Positions 45,095 to 55,305 of a DNA stretch of 64,000 nt are shown in pieces. A model generated the notes under the pieces. The model was given only the letters and a program-made list of their open reading frames with translations, was not told the origin of the DNA and did not search any database. Within the stretch, counting starts at the first letter, position 1. The number at the start of each line of letters is the position of its first letter. The DNA is taken from the IMG/VR virus record IMGVR_UViG_2657245091_000008; one strand, written 5' to 3'. A program made the position numbers and the translations under genes. The stretch is from a virus (Duplodnaviria; Heunggongvirae; Uroviricota; Caudoviricetes).

Positions 45095-48000
45095 TTAGGC
45101 CGCATCGGCGATTATTTTACGCAGTTCATCTACCGAGTAACGCGTAGATACCATCCATGCAGGACGGTCAAAGTTCACATCAGCAACCGGGTTTGCTTCA
45201 AAATTCCAGAAACGCCCGCCAATCTTCTTAATCGCGTCTTTGGCGTTCCGTATTGTCGAGGAACCTGGTTGGTCGGCAATGAGATAAACCGCGCCAACGT
45301 CCTCGCTGACGCTCCACCAGCGCCCGCGAACACGCGCCTTAGCGCGAATCGGCTTATCATTAACCACAATGATATAGTCATCATTCGCCGCTTCATCAGC
45401 TCTGGCTTCAGCCACTGCCGCCTGCTCTTCTCTTTTGCTTTCAGCCTGCTCAAGCCTTTCCGCGATCTCTGATTCAGTGGCCCCGCCGTTTTTCAGCGAT
45501 ACATAGTCCTGCCACGTTGCCGATTTGAGCGCATCCGGCAACTCATTCACATAGTCGCCGTCTTTCAACTCACGGGCGCGACGGGTAGCCATTTCTACCA
45601 GGCGATTAACAGAAACAGCATCAGCAAAATCGTCCTTACTAATGTATTTTTCATCAAATGCATTGATGACAGCCCCCACCTTAATCCACTGTGCTGCCGG
45701 TGATTCCAGGGGGTTATCAGCCTGAACAATGGCTAGTTTTGCTCCATCTACCCCATTATTCGCCAGCTGTTCCAATGCCGCCCATCCATCTGCATCACTG
45801 AGTGATTTATATTGCTCAAACAATGCATCGCGCCAGGCCACCAGCGCAGAACGTGTTTTTTCGATCTTCGTCTTAATTTTCGCTATCTTGACCTGATTAA
45901 ACATCCGTTCAATATCATCGATATTGCTAAAGGCTTTCATCCTGCCCTGGAATAAACGGTATGCCAGCACGGTCCTCCAGAATGATTCCAGACCTTCTCC
46001 GGACGGTTTGCGGAACAAGCTAAGAATATCTTCAGAAGTGACTTTATTAAGCGAACGACCTGACAGACCACGCCCAGCCATCCAGTTTTCGAACTCCTGG
46101 GCAACATCATCCATCGTTGCCTGTGCGCCCCATGCCTGCATTCCCTGGATGTAATCATACCCATACAATGCCTGGAGGAATCCCTCGCCGTCCACGATAT
46201 TCAGCGGGTTATCACTGGCTTGTATTTTTGCCACTTCACGCTTCAGCGCCTCGTCGTTGCCATCAGGATATATCCATCGCTCAGGTGCTATATCCGATGC
46301 TCGCCCGATTTTTTGGCCTATCACGCCATCATAGGTCGATGACAGTGCGATCTGACCATCATCTGTGCGATAAGCCCAGTATTTAATAGCTGACCCACCG
46401 CCCCATGCATTACCAGGTTTACCAGCAATAACATTCATTACCCCATTACGAATAGCATCATAGAACTGATCGCGAGTAAGTATTGTTGATAGCTGGTGGC
46501 ACTGAACACCACGCGCAGCCGTTGCGCGCGATTCAGCAACCCCCTCTTCAAAAGTTACCGCTTCAATCACAGAGTCAAACGGCAATGTAACGATTGACCC
46601 CGGTGATCGAGCGTAACGACTTGCTCTATCCAGCCAGGCGATACGGCAGATGTATTGTGCTTTTTCACCGTCAATTTTTTCCACCCGGACAATCGCTGTT
46701 GTTTCGCGATCATCAATGACTGCACGGTAATAACTACCTTTATGCAACAGGATATTCTTGTCAGTGCGCATATATTCCTGTGGGTTCTGAATAACATCGA
46801 TACTGATATCCAGCACACCAGACTTAATAGCGCGCTCCACATCACCACGAGAGCGTTTCATTATGGTATCCGCGTCTTTTGCCCTGGTGATCGCAAACCG
46901 CAGCACCCGCGCACGTTTTCTGTAGCTACTCAACTGCTCAAGCGCGTATTTTTGCCCATTCCTGTTCGTACCCGCTTTTATCAGGTCGTCAAGATTGCGC
47001 TGGTAATACTCTATCTGTTCCATCGCGCTTTTCAGTTCTGTCTCCATCATGCCGATATCTTTTCCGGCGGCGTTTGCCGCTTTCAGGTAGATATCGAGAG
47101 CATTGTTGGCCTCGCGCTGTGCTTTCAGTTTCAGACGTTCTTCACGCTCTTGCGCCTGGCGAGCCATGATTGCGCGGCGTTCTTCCGGGTTTGCCGCCAG
47201 CATAATGGCGCGTTCATCAGCATCATCCGCATCACCATTGGCGATCTCTGACATGTCGGAGGTCATCACCATCTTGATCCAGTCTTTCTTACGTTTCAGC
47301 GTATCCAGACGGAAGTCGTCGAATGTGCCTTTGCCACAATAGTAGTGAACATTGACCTTTTCTTGCGGTGAACCTACGCGCGCACCGCGCCCATTTCGTT
47401 GGTCGATACTGGCTGGCGTCCAGGGCAGTGTCAGGTGGTGGATATCGGTTGTCCCGATGTGCAGGTTAATACCTACTTCAGCCTTCTTGTTACAGATTAT
47501 GATGCGCGTGCGACCTTCGTTATAGTCGGCGGCAATACCTTCCATGCCCTCAAGGCCAGCATCATTTTTAGCGGAGAGATAATCCTCATATTGGGCAAGT
47601 TTGCTGTAGTAGGTTTCCCATGCCCCTTCTTTGTATTCACCGTTTTTGTTTGGAGTAGGTTCGGTCGGCTTATTCACCTTCTTCAGCTTGATGCCGCCAG
47701 CCTGGCTAACTGTCGTTGCATTGATAATGCCAATCTCCTGCTCCGGCATTTGCAGTGCACTGGCGATAATACGGCGCAGCTTCTGGTGCTGGGCTTTTTC
47801 ATCAATAAAGACGATCTGCTTACCGTTCTTCAGACCTTCACGAAGATTTTCGATCAGCGCGGCATACTTCGGCGGGATGGGGTGCGATACCTGCTGCATA
47901 TCAATACCGGCAGCCGCAATGGCCTTAAGTATTTCAGCTTCCAGTTCAATGCTGGCACGTATTTCAACATGCGTCGGATGTTCACTAAAAGCGGTCTTCA

Positions 48001-51000
48001 CTACCTTGCTGGTACGCGTACTGACCAGCCCGCCAGCGCCGTCTTCCTCGGCCTCATCAACATCATCTGCCACTTTACCGCCAGCTACTTTTGGCAAGGC
48101 ATCAGCAATAGCTTTTACCTGGTCTGCAAGCTCAACGGGGAACTGGAATGTAATCGCACTGGCATACAGATCCGGGTCTATAGCAACCTTGTCCATGTCA
48201 CGGATGATGGAGAAGATGAAATCATCCGGTTTGTCGTTAGTGATATGCCCGTTTTCATCGACTGTCAGCTCATCATTGCGACTTAACTCCTGAGCACGCT
48301 TACGAAGCTCTTCATAAGCAGTCTCCTGCTCCCCTGTCATCGGGATCTGCAAGGTGTTCTCAATGATGTCGGGAATTTTAACCGTTGCTCCGACATCTGC
48401 AGCAGTCTTCAGAGTGGTCCAACGATGGAAAATACCACGCAGGCCGTCAAGGTTCTGGAAGCCCACCAGCCCCTGCTTCTCTTCCACTTCCCCGGAAATT
48501 TTCTGGACCTGAACTGTGGCTGTTTTGCCAAACACACGAACGAAATCATCAGGCGTAATGATGCCCATGCGCATCCACTCTTCCTGCGGAATGACAGTAG
48601 ACAGCATGTTGAAGGCATCAATCGGACTGTTCACCAGCGGAGTTGCCGTCAGCATGACTACACCACGCCCGTTGTTGCGTTTCATCATGTACGCAGCTTT
48701 TACAGCCATGTCGCGGGCCATCTTGGATACTGCCGGGTTAGGCAAATATGCCAGTTGTCCCGCTTCACGCCCGGCATTAAAGGAGTTGCGGTAGTTATGC
48801 CCCTCGTCGGCAATCACGCTATCGAAGTTCATATCCTCAAAGTACGGGATATTCTGCTTCTTCGTTGTACCGGTATTCGCGGCCTGATCCTTAATCTTGT
48901 TCTTCTTCTGCGCATCACGGTGTTTACCGGACGCCAGGTCAAGACGCCCCATTTCCACAGCATTAAAGACAGCTTGCTGTGAGTTCTCCTCGATGGTTTT
49001 TTCTCGTAGCGGGATAGACGCGAATTGTTCTTTTGTCATGATGACCGTTCGCCAATTTGACGACGGGATCATGTTCATGCGCTGAACGATAACGGCGCTG
49101 GCGGACTCTTTCACAACATTTCTGGTAAGAGGCTGCCCGTTACTGTCGAGGCGTGGTTCGCCATTTTCATCAAGCACCGGCGCGGTCAGAATATTTCCGC
49201 TGTCATCACGAACTTCATCCAAACCGATAAACATCATATTGGCGAAGGCATCAGCACTGTAGAAACTCTGTGCCTCGTGATACCAGTTCTGATAAACCGC
49301 CTTCGGAACAACAATACACGTGCGTTTAGTGCGACCTGTTTCGAAGTTATACGCCTCAAGCGCAAGCGCGGTCGTGGTTTTACCCAGCCCGGTACCAAAT
49401 CCCATGATGCCGCGCCCATCTTCTGACAAGCGCCGAACTTCTTCATTCTGATAAGTCAGAGGAATGCGCTTTCCACTAATCCCTTCCAGGCCAAGCGGTG
49501 CGTCAGAATGCGTGAACGGAATGAAACCATTGAATGCGTCGTTATACTCGCGGGCTATCTGATCAGCCTGCGGGTGAGTGCGTAACCAGTCGTTAAAGCT
49601 AACTTCCAGTTGAGCAATTTTATCCAGGTACTCGTTAGCGTTCTGCCCACGCGGTTTAACACCGTTCAGGTAGTTTTCTAACTGGTTCAGGAAGCCGTCT
49701 TTATTGTTGGCCTTCTTGAACTCATTCCCGTTTTTGCCGTTTACGGTTCGTAGCTGATAGCCGGTAAATACACCGTCCTTACCTTCGTAATCGTCCGGAG
49801 ATACCAGAATGCCATCGACGACCTTCAGATCAGGTTCAGTGTACTTAAACTCGTCATAGCCCTGCTCTGCCAGGAACTCTTTTATCAAGCGGCGATCCAG
49901 CCAGCGGGCATTCAGATTAACGGTGACTTTATTTAGTGGCGTGAAAATACGTTTCTCTTCGATTTTCGCCAACTGACGCTCAAAGTTGGCTTTCTGCTCA
50001 CCTGTTGACGCATCACGCCAGCTCATCAGCAAAGCTGTTTTGGTTGCAATATCGCCGCTGGTGGCGCGGTCCATCGGCAGCAGGCAGCCATACCCATCAA
50101 TAGCGATATCATCAAATTTCGCCAGGTATTCAAGGGCCGCGTCGTCGTCCTCTGGCAGTTCACCAGCAAACGCCTCACGAAAGTCTCCCAGCGTTATAGG
50201 ATTAAGGGCTACATCACTGAAAAGATGTGCTATCACTTGTTCAGGACGTGTAAAGTCAATACCGGCAGCACCATCCGTTACATCAAGTCGCCCTGCCAGA
50301 AGGTCAGAAGTGGAACCATCCTGTTTCACATTGCCAGTGAACGTCATCCAGTTTTTAGCGCCAGCTTCAGCAAGCCCATTCAGCTTAATGGCGTGCGGTG
50401 GCCCATACTTCGCAACTTCTGCTGCCGCCAGGCGGGATGCATCTGCCAGTTTGTCATCAACGTTCACACCCAGGTTACGCAAATCAAGTGCCTTGTTGAT
50501 CAACTGACCTATCAGCGCACCGCGCATAACGCGCTCCCTGTCTTTTTCTCGCTGCTTGCCAGCAAAGCGAATCATTGCTGCCACTTCATCACTGACAACC
50601 GATGGATAGTCGGACGCGATCGCCGATATCTGGTCCCATGACAAAGCCAGAATCCCGTTTGTTGACTGGAACGCGATCTGCAGATCGCCAAACGTCGAAA
50701 CACCATATCGACTTACATCAAGCGCGGAGGATTTGGTTGTCGTGTCCTTAACCCATTTCAGACCATCAAACTCATGCCAGATACCGCCTACAAGGCGTTT
50801 ATCGCCCACTTTCGCGCCCTGCCATGCCTGAGTAGTTACGCCGAGCAAATCCCAATTGATGCGACTATCAAAGCGACGAGATAGCGCGGTTTTCATCGAC
50901 TCATTGGATACACGACCGTCTTTTTTCACCACCAGGGTATTGCGGAAGCTGGTACGTTCCATGTCGCCGTAAACAAATCGCTTCCCTTCGGTTGTAAACC

Positions 51001-51931
51001 ATTTTCCTTTGAGGAAGGTATCCCAAAGGACGTTTGCCGATTTGAGTGTTGAATCATCCGTGTCGGGGATCATCTCCAGGAAGGTTTCCGGGTGTTTACG
51101 CAATACCCATACGTCCACCACGGTATCTGTACCGGATTCGCTGAACGTACCAGAAGGCATACGATGTGCGCCCAAAAATTCCGCTTTACGGCTGACTTTA
51201 TCGCGCAATTTTTTATATTTCGCACCATCGGTCATGCCATTCGGCACCACCAATACGATAAGCCCACCAGGCTTAACCTTGTCGATCGTGCGCAGCACAA
51301 AGTAATTGCCAACGTTCTTCTCGTTTGCATATGCCGGATCAAGCCCGGCGACACCGGAACGCCCTTCACCAAACGGTACGTTACCAACAGCGTGATCATA
51401 CATTGCGTCTTTCGCCGCCAGCGCCTCAAACGCCCCGATATTCACATCGTCTTCCGGGTGCAAAAGCTGGTTTATTCGACCGGAAATCGGAGACAGTTCG
51501 GCGCTGGTCATTATCATGCCCTGCCGTTTTGTCTCCTGGAAAATACCTGTGCCCGCTGATGGTTCCAGTACGTGCCCGCCATCAATACCGTAGTCAGCAA
51601 ACAGATCCCATATACCTTCAGCCATAAACTGTGGCGTGTAGTATTCGTATTGGCTGCCCTCACCATCTGTCAGGCCGCCTTCACCGGTATACCCGGCAAG
51701 AATCTGACGTTGTTCGTCAGTTAATTTCGCCCCATCGAAGCCGGGCGGAAGGGAATTAAGAAGATTTACTGCGGCATTATTTGCTGCCCGGCGTGTTTTC
51801 TGAATACTGACGCCATCGGCTTTCCTGACGCCAAAGGTCGCAACAGCACGTAATTTATGCAACCGACTAACAATTTCAATCAGTTCGCCTAAGCTGGAGG
51901 CTTCACTGATTGAATGAAGTAGTTTGTCCAA
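45095..51931 (-). CDS. darB: DarB-like giant antirestriction protein (N6-adenine methyltransferase plus DExH helicase domains)
   Basis: 2278 aa; MTase motif I LEPSAGTGIF and motif IV NVPFG; helicase Walker A GFGTGLGKTT and VIADEGHNYRN; size matches P1 DarB (about 2255 aa). Confidence 0.8.
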   Translation of the reverse strand: MDKLLHSISEASSLGELIEIVSRLHKLRAVATFGVRKADGVSIQKTRRAANNAAVNLLNSLPPGFDGAKLTDEQRQILAGYTGEGGLTDGEGSQYEYYTPQFMAEGIWDLFADYGIDGGHVLEPSAGTGIFQETKRQGMIMTSAELSPISGRINQLLHPEDDVNIGAFEALAAKDAMYDHAVGNVPFGEGRSGVAGLDPAYANEKNVGNYFVLRTIDKVKPGGLIVLVVPNGMTDGAKYKKLRDKVSRKAEFLGAHRMPSGTFSESGTDTVVDVWVLRKHPETFLEMIPDTDDSTLKSANVLWDTFLKGKWFTTEGKRFVYGDMERTSFRNTLVVKKDGRVSNESMKTALSRRFDSRINWDLLGVTTQAWQGAKVGDKRLVGGIWHEFDGLKWVKDTTTKSSALDVSRYGVSTFGDLQIAFQSTNGILALSWDQISAIASDYPSVVSDEVAAMIRFAGKQREKDRERVMRGALIGQLINKALDLRNLGVNVDDKLADASRLAAAEVAKYGPPHAIKLNGLAEAGAKNWMTFTGNVKQDGSTSDLLAGRLDVTDGAAGIDFTRPEQVIAHLFSDVALNPITLGDFREAFAGELPEDDDAALEYLAKFDDIAIDGYGCLLPMDRATSGDIATKTALLMSWRDASTGEQKANFERQLAKIEEKRIFTPLNKVTVNLNARWLDRRLIKEFLAEQGYDEFKYTEPDLKVVDGILVSPDDYEGKDGVFTGYQLRTVNGKNGNEFKKANNKDGFLNQLENYLNGVKPRGQNANEYLDKIAQLEVSFNDWLRTHPQADQIAREYNDAFNGFIPFTHSDAPLGLEGISGKRIPLTYQNEEVRRLSEDGRGIMGFGTGLGKTTTALALEAYNFETGRTKRTCIVVPKAVYQNWYHEAQSFYSADAFANMMFIGLDEVRDDSGNILTAPVLDENGEPRLDSNGQPLTRNVVKESASAVIVQRMNMIPSSNWRTVIMTKEQFASIPLREKTIEENSQQAVFNAVEMGRLDLASGKHRDAQKKNKIKDQAANTGTTKKQNIPYFEDMNFDSVIADEGHNYRNSFNAGREAGQLAYLPNPAVSKMARDMAVKAAYMMKRNNGRGVVMLTATPLVNSPIDAFNMLSTVIPQEEWMRMGIITPDDFVRVFGKTATVQVQKISGEVEEKQGLVGFQNLDGLRGIFHRWTTLKTAADVGATVKIPDIIENTLQIPMTGEQETAYEELRKRAQELSRNDELTVDENGHITNDKPDDFIFSIIRDMDKVAIDPDLYASAITFQFPVELADQVKAIADALPKVAGGKVADDVDEAEEDGAGGLVSTRTSKVVKTAFSEHPTHVEIRASIELEAEILKAIAAAGIDMQQVSHPIPPKYAALIENLREGLKNGKQIVFIDEKAQHQKLRRIIASALQMPEQEIGIINATTVSQAGGIKLKKVNKPTEPTPNKNGEYKEGAWETYYSKLAQYEDYLSAKNDAGLEGMEGIAADYNEGRTRIIICNKKAEVGINLHIGTTDIHHLTLPWTPASIDQRNGRGARVGSPQEKVNVHYYCGKGTFDDFRLDTLKRKKDWIKMVMTSDMSEIANGDADDADERAIMLAANPEERRAIMARQAQEREERLKLKAQREANNALDIYLKAANAAGKDIGMMETELKSAMEQIEYYQRNLDDLIKAGTNRNGQKYALEQLSSYRKRARVLRFAITRAKDADTIMKRSRGDVERAIKSGVLDISIDVIQNPQEYMRTDKNILLHKGSYYRAVIDDRETTAIVRVEKIDGEKAQYICRIAWLDRASRYARSPGSIVTLPFDSVIEAVTFEEGVAESRATAARGVQCHQLSTILTRDQFYDAIRNGVMNVIAGKPGNAWGGGSAIKYWAYRTDDGQIALSSTYDGVIGQKIGRASDIAPERWIYPDGNDEALKREVAKIQASDNPLNIVDGEGFLQALYGYDYIQGMQAWGAQATMDDVAQEFENWMAGRGLSGRSLNKVTSEDILSLFRKPSGEGLESFWRTVLAYRLFQGRMKAFSNIDDIERMFNQVKIAKIKTKIEKTRSALVAWRDALFEQYKSLSDADGWAALEQLANNGVDGAKLAIVQADNPLESPAAQWIKVGAVINAFDEKYISKDDFADAVSVNRLVEMATRRARELKDGDYVNELPDALKSATWQDYVSLKNGGATESEIAERLEQAESKREEQAAVAEARADEAANDDYIIVVNDKPIRAKARVRGRWWSVSEDVGAVYLIADQPGSSTIRNAKDAIKKIGGRFWNFEANPVADVNFDRPAWMVSTRYSVDELRKIIADAA

Positions 51932-52082
51932 AGGATTTCCCCCTCTAAACCGTAAAAAATTCCGCTATGCGGTACGGTTGAGAGGGTATGGAGAATGTTA
52001 TTTTCAGGGGGACGATACTACCGTCAAAATCACATACTCCCCATAGTTTGCCTACTTATTAACCCATGACCGGGAGAAAAAT

Positions 52083-52568
52083 ATGGCAAACATTGAACCT
52101 CGCTGGCTAATTGAAGCCCGTAAGCACATTGGCCTGACTGAAATAAAAGGCGCTAAACACAACCCTGAAATCGTTCAGTTCTGGCGCGACATCAAGCGCG
52201 GCGGAATTAAAGACGATGAAACGCCGTGGTGCGCAGCATTTGTCGGTGCAATGCTGGAACGTGTAGGCATCCGCTCAACAAGATTTGAGTCGGCAAAATC
52301 CTATCTGGATTGGGGCGAGAAATTAGATACACCGGCATACGGATGTATCGTTGTATTTACCCGCGTAGGCGGTGGACACGTAGGCTTCGTTGTCGGACGC
52401 CGCGCCAATGGCGATCTGCTTGTCTTGGGTGGGAACCAGGGGGATGCGGTTAATATTCGCGCATTCCCAACATCAAGAGTGTCTGGCTATCGCTGGCCTG
52501 CTGGCGAACCACGCAATACCGCTCTGTTACCAGTCGGAGACGCAGCAACCTCAACTAATGAGGCATGA
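52083..52568 (+). CDS. Putative cell-wall peptidase-like protein (TIGR02594 / CHAP-NlpC-P60-like); possibly Ulx-equivalent
   Basis: 161 aa; PWCAAFVGAML and GGGHVGFVVG Cys/His signature; divergent from darB. Confidence 0.5.
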   Translation: MANIEPRWLIEARKHIGLTEIKGAKHNPEIVQFWRDIKRGGIKDDETPWCAAFVGAMLERVGIRSTRFESAKSYLDWGEKLDTPAYGCIVVFTRVGGGHVGFVVGRRANGDLLVLGGNQGDAVNIRAFPTSRVSGYRWPAGEPRNTALLPVGDAATSTNEA

Positions 52569-52592
52569 AAAAAGCCCCGGCCAGGCCGGGGC
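52567..52592 (-). terminator. Intrinsic terminator (minus strand) ending the icd/ant copy 2 operon
   Basis: On minus strand GCCCCGG-loop-CCGGGGC followed by TTTTTTC. Confidence 0.55.
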
Positions 52593-52600
52593 ATCACGCT

Positions 52601-52801
52601 TCAAGTCACGATCCAATCATTACCGACTATATCAGCCGTCGATAAATCAACTTCCCGGATCTGGAGTCCATTAATACAAAACCATCCGGTAGTAGAGTAA
52701 TTATCAGGCCAGGCCCATACACCAACACTCCATGCTTTACGGCGGCACACTTCAGCCTGTCCTTCCCTGATTTTTTTTACCGCCTGCATGATGTCCATCA
52801 C
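52601..52801 (-). CDS. Small DUF2829-like protein downstream of antirepressor copy 2
   Basis: 66 aa; VKKIREGQAEVCRRKAWSVGVW...ADIVGNDWIVT fits the DUF2829 pattern; terminator follows. Confidence 0.4.
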   Translation of the reverse strand: MMDIMQAVKKIREGQAEVCRRKAWSVGVWAWPDNYSTTGWFCINGLQIREVDLSTADIVGNDWIVT

Positions 52802-53505
52802 TCACCTCCCCAACCGATCACCTGGAATTGCCCCATTTTGGGGTGATACCAGCGTTTTCCTCGGTGTTCAGCCTCCGACATCATCCGGTTAAAAGCATTC
52901 ATGAAGGGATATAAGGCCACGATGGAACGACGCGACAATACCCCCTCTGGAGTTAAAAACTCATGCGTATCGGTGGGAATCCGGTAAGCGTTGACAAGGT
53001 TGCGGCATTTGGCTTCAGTCAGGCCACATTTCGCCGCCAGCTGGCGGTAGCCAATGTAGCCTTCCGGAATATTGCCTTTCTTTATTTGCTCGACGGTTTC
53101 AGCGACCTGGCTAACCTTTGACTCAACAGCATGAATCCGCTTTTGCTGCTGAACTGCATTCGCAGCCATTGCAGCGATCATCTCTATTTCGGTCAACGGC
53201 TGGCGTACTTGTTCTTCCAGTTCGCGCCAGCGGTCCACCAGCCGGGCGGTGAATTCGGGAGAGAGCTGCGCGACGACAATGATGCTGTCTCGTTTGCCTT
53301 GCTCGCCTTCGAAGACGTAAGCCTCAACGCCACGACGCAATCCTAAGTTATTGATTTTTTCGAAAACAGCCATTGGCGGTTTTCGGATAATGCTTCGAGC
53401 AACCATACGCTCAATACTACGTTTAACGTCAGAGTGTTGGCTTCCCACCAGCTCCGCAATCTCAATGCTGGTCATTGATAGTTTTTCGAGAATGCAGATA
53501 CCCAT
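52798..53505 (-). CDS. Phage antirepressor-like protein (Rha family N-terminus), copy 2
   Basis: MTSIEIAELVGSQHSDVKRSIE; paralog of 11718-12617; ATGA coupling with icd-like gene. Confidence 0.7.
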   Translation of the reverse strand: MGICILEKLSMTSIEIAELVGSQHSDVKRSIERMVARSIIRKPPMAVFEKINNLGLRRGVEAYVFEGEQGKRDSIIVVAQLSPEFTARLVDRWRELEEQVRQPLTEIEMIAAMAANAVQQQKRIHAVESKVSQVAETVEQIKKGNIPEGYIGYRQLAAKCGLTEAKCRNLVNAYRIPTDTHEFLTPEGVLSRRSIVALYPFMNAFNRMMSEAEHRGKRWYHPKMGQFQVIGWGGE

Positions 53506-53729
53506 CAGTGAGCCTCCGCAATGCCGGGATTGGTAATATTGCGATACCAGGGATTAGTGTTTGGTTGTGGGGAAGTAGAGAAACGACCAGTAAGAACACC
53601 ATGCTGATCAGGGATCAGAGAACGGGCTTCTTTTTCGGTTGCGGCAATTGCGAAGTGATCGCAGCGTTTTTGCAGGGAGTGGAAACGCCAGATGAATTCT
53701 GGACGTGAACAAGGATTGGCATTAACCAT
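53505..53729 (-). CDS. Icd-like host cell division inhibitor, copy 2
   Basis: 74 aa; EFIWRFHSLQK...TEKEARSLIP paralog of 12617-12832. Confidence 0.55.
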   Translation of the reverse strand: MVNANPCSRPEFIWRFHSLQKRCDHFAIAATEKEARSLIPDQHGVLTGRFSTSPQPNTNPWYRNITNPGIAEAH

Positions 53730-54057
53730 AGTTACGGCCTCACTAACAGGTTTAACAACCTGCCACCCGCTGTCAAACAGGTGGCAGGACGTGACAGGGT
53801 TGACAGACTGGCGTTAGTGAAACCAGCAGGCCGAAGCCTCCCCATCACGCCCCACCATAATTCGGGCGTAACGCGGTTTACGGACACAAAAATACCGCAA
53901 TATCGGAAATCTGCGGTTGTCCGCACTAACATTCAGGCTGTCAAACCCGGTCGCAGAATTTGCTACGACGGCATGAATATAAGCCTGAAAACATGGAAGA
54001 TCAACTAAAAATTTCAGCAATGGATGACTTCAGTCGATGATGCAGATCATACATTCC

Positions 54058-54096
54058 GTTTTAGAAACAGCAAATTAATTTTCTAACATAAATCAT
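54058..54096. promoter_or_regulatory. Operator-like motif pair
   Basis: TTTTAGAAACAGCAAATTAATTTTCTAACATAAATCATC. Confidence 0.4.
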
Positions 54097-54142
54097 CGGC
54101 CGAGCATTTTCCGATCATTGGGATGTTTTGTAGACACACAGG

Positions 54143-55105
54143 TCATCCCCTAAATCCCGCAGGGATTGACCAATCCTCACGGTCAAATTCAGACCGATAG
54201 CCACGCTGTTTCATCAGGTCAAAGGCTTCACCAATGGTTGCACACCCCTGGGAGCCAGAATAATCCATTGAGAAATCTAGGGCACTGGATTGTTTAGGCT
54301 TATTCACTGCGGTAGCGGCACTACGTATCCATGCAAATTTTTTTGCCAGCTTTTCAGCGGTACGATACAGAGCCTGCCGTTTTGCGTGCCCCTCGTCTGA
54401 ACGACGCTTTGCAGCTCTCGCTTTTGCCGCCGCCAGGCAGTGGTTGGTATGTTCTTCCCTGATTACTGGTTTTTTATCCAGTACCACGTTATCCGTTTGA
54501 GAACTATCTGCTGGTGAAGCCTTTGGCTGAACCGCGCATGATCTTTCTCTTCTTTTGGCTATAGAGTGACTCTTATTTTCTATTGGCTGTTCATTTTGAA
54601 CATGGGGGGACTTGTTCAATTTGAACAGGGGGTTCCCAGTTTCAAAAAAATAACGAACCTTTGAAATCAACTGCTTAACCAGTTTTGTGGCGTTGGCAAA
54701 TTTGATGCCCTGCTTACCCCCTATCTCCATTGCTACATGAATGAAGTGGAGAAATTGTGTCGTAAACCGATATACGTTACACACCTGGGCATTGTTATTC
54801 GCTACCTGATGTTGCTTAACAAGCATTCCGCACTTCGTCGCTTCAGCAAATGCCCGGCGCACAGTAGAAATACTGCGTCCTGTAATCTCGGACATATCAG
54901 CATATGAGCGACGGATCATGTATTCATCGGTAGACCCTGCCAGGTTAGCGAACTCGGCAATAATGGCGCTATGTGAAGGGGAAAGAAGACCGCTATGACG
55001 AGCAAAAAAACTCAACTGATGACCTTTGATTTTTTTGTGGTATTCAGTGTTGTTTTTATACTCAGAAGTGTTGAAAGTTACTGAAACTGAATTTAAAATA
55101 CTCAC
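54143..55105 (-). CDS. Hypothetical HTH-containing protein (possible RepL-type replication/regulatory protein)
   Basis: 320 aa; HTH-like MSEITGRSISTVRRAFAEATKCGMLVKQ; operator-like motifs flank the gene. Confidence 0.45.
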   Translation of the reverse strand: MSILNSVSVTFNTSEYKNNTEYHKKIKGHQLSFFARHSGLLSPSHSAIIAEFANLAGSTDEYMIRRSYADMSEITGRSISTVRRAFAEATKCGMLVKQHQVANNNAQVCNVYRFTTQFLHFIHVAMEIGGKQGIKFANATKLVKQLISKVRYFFETGNPLFKLNKSPHVQNEQPIENKSHSIAKRRERSCAVQPKASPADSSQTDNVVLDKKPVIREEHTNHCLAAAKARAAKRRSDEGHAKRQALYRTAEKLAKKFAWIRSAATAVNKPKQSSALDFSMDYSGSQGCATIGEAFDLMKQRGYRSEFDREDWSIPAGFRG

Positions 55106-55274
55106 CAGATAGTTCCGTGAAAAAATCTATCTACCGTATAAATCTATGGCAGTGGATTTATACACCCAAAAAGCCGCTTCTCAGCGGCTTTTGCTTTTTT
55201 GGCAGTCGCTACCGGAGCAGTGACCGCGATCCTACTCGATCCCATCCACCAGGATCAACAGTGTATATAAATAC

Positions 55275-55295
55275 ACTATGTTAGAAATTTAACTT
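55275..55295. promoter_or_regulatory. Operator-like motif upstream of 54143-55105 gene
   Basis: ACTATGTTAGAAATTTAACTT. Confidence 0.4.
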
Positions 55296-55305
55296 AACAA
55301 GGCGA

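Noticed and set aside
45175-51627. Many 60-300-aa track ORFs inside and antisense to darB (for example 47399-48286, 47631-48293, 46655-47251)
   Set aside because: Fully nested in the 2278-aa darB reading frame region on the opposite strand or in alternative frames; low-complexity translations; treated as spurious.
52083-52568. Calling this gene the endolysin
   Set aside because: The CHAP/NlpC-P60-like signature supports a peptidase fold, but there is no SAR or signal sequence and it lies next to darB rather than the holin-like genes; function left open (possibly Ulx-like).
53732-54020. Track ORFs 53732-53932, 53781-54008 and 53814-54020 upstream of icd copy 2
   Set aside because: Mutually overlapping in different frames within the presumed immI leader region; more likely non-coding regulatory RNA sequence.
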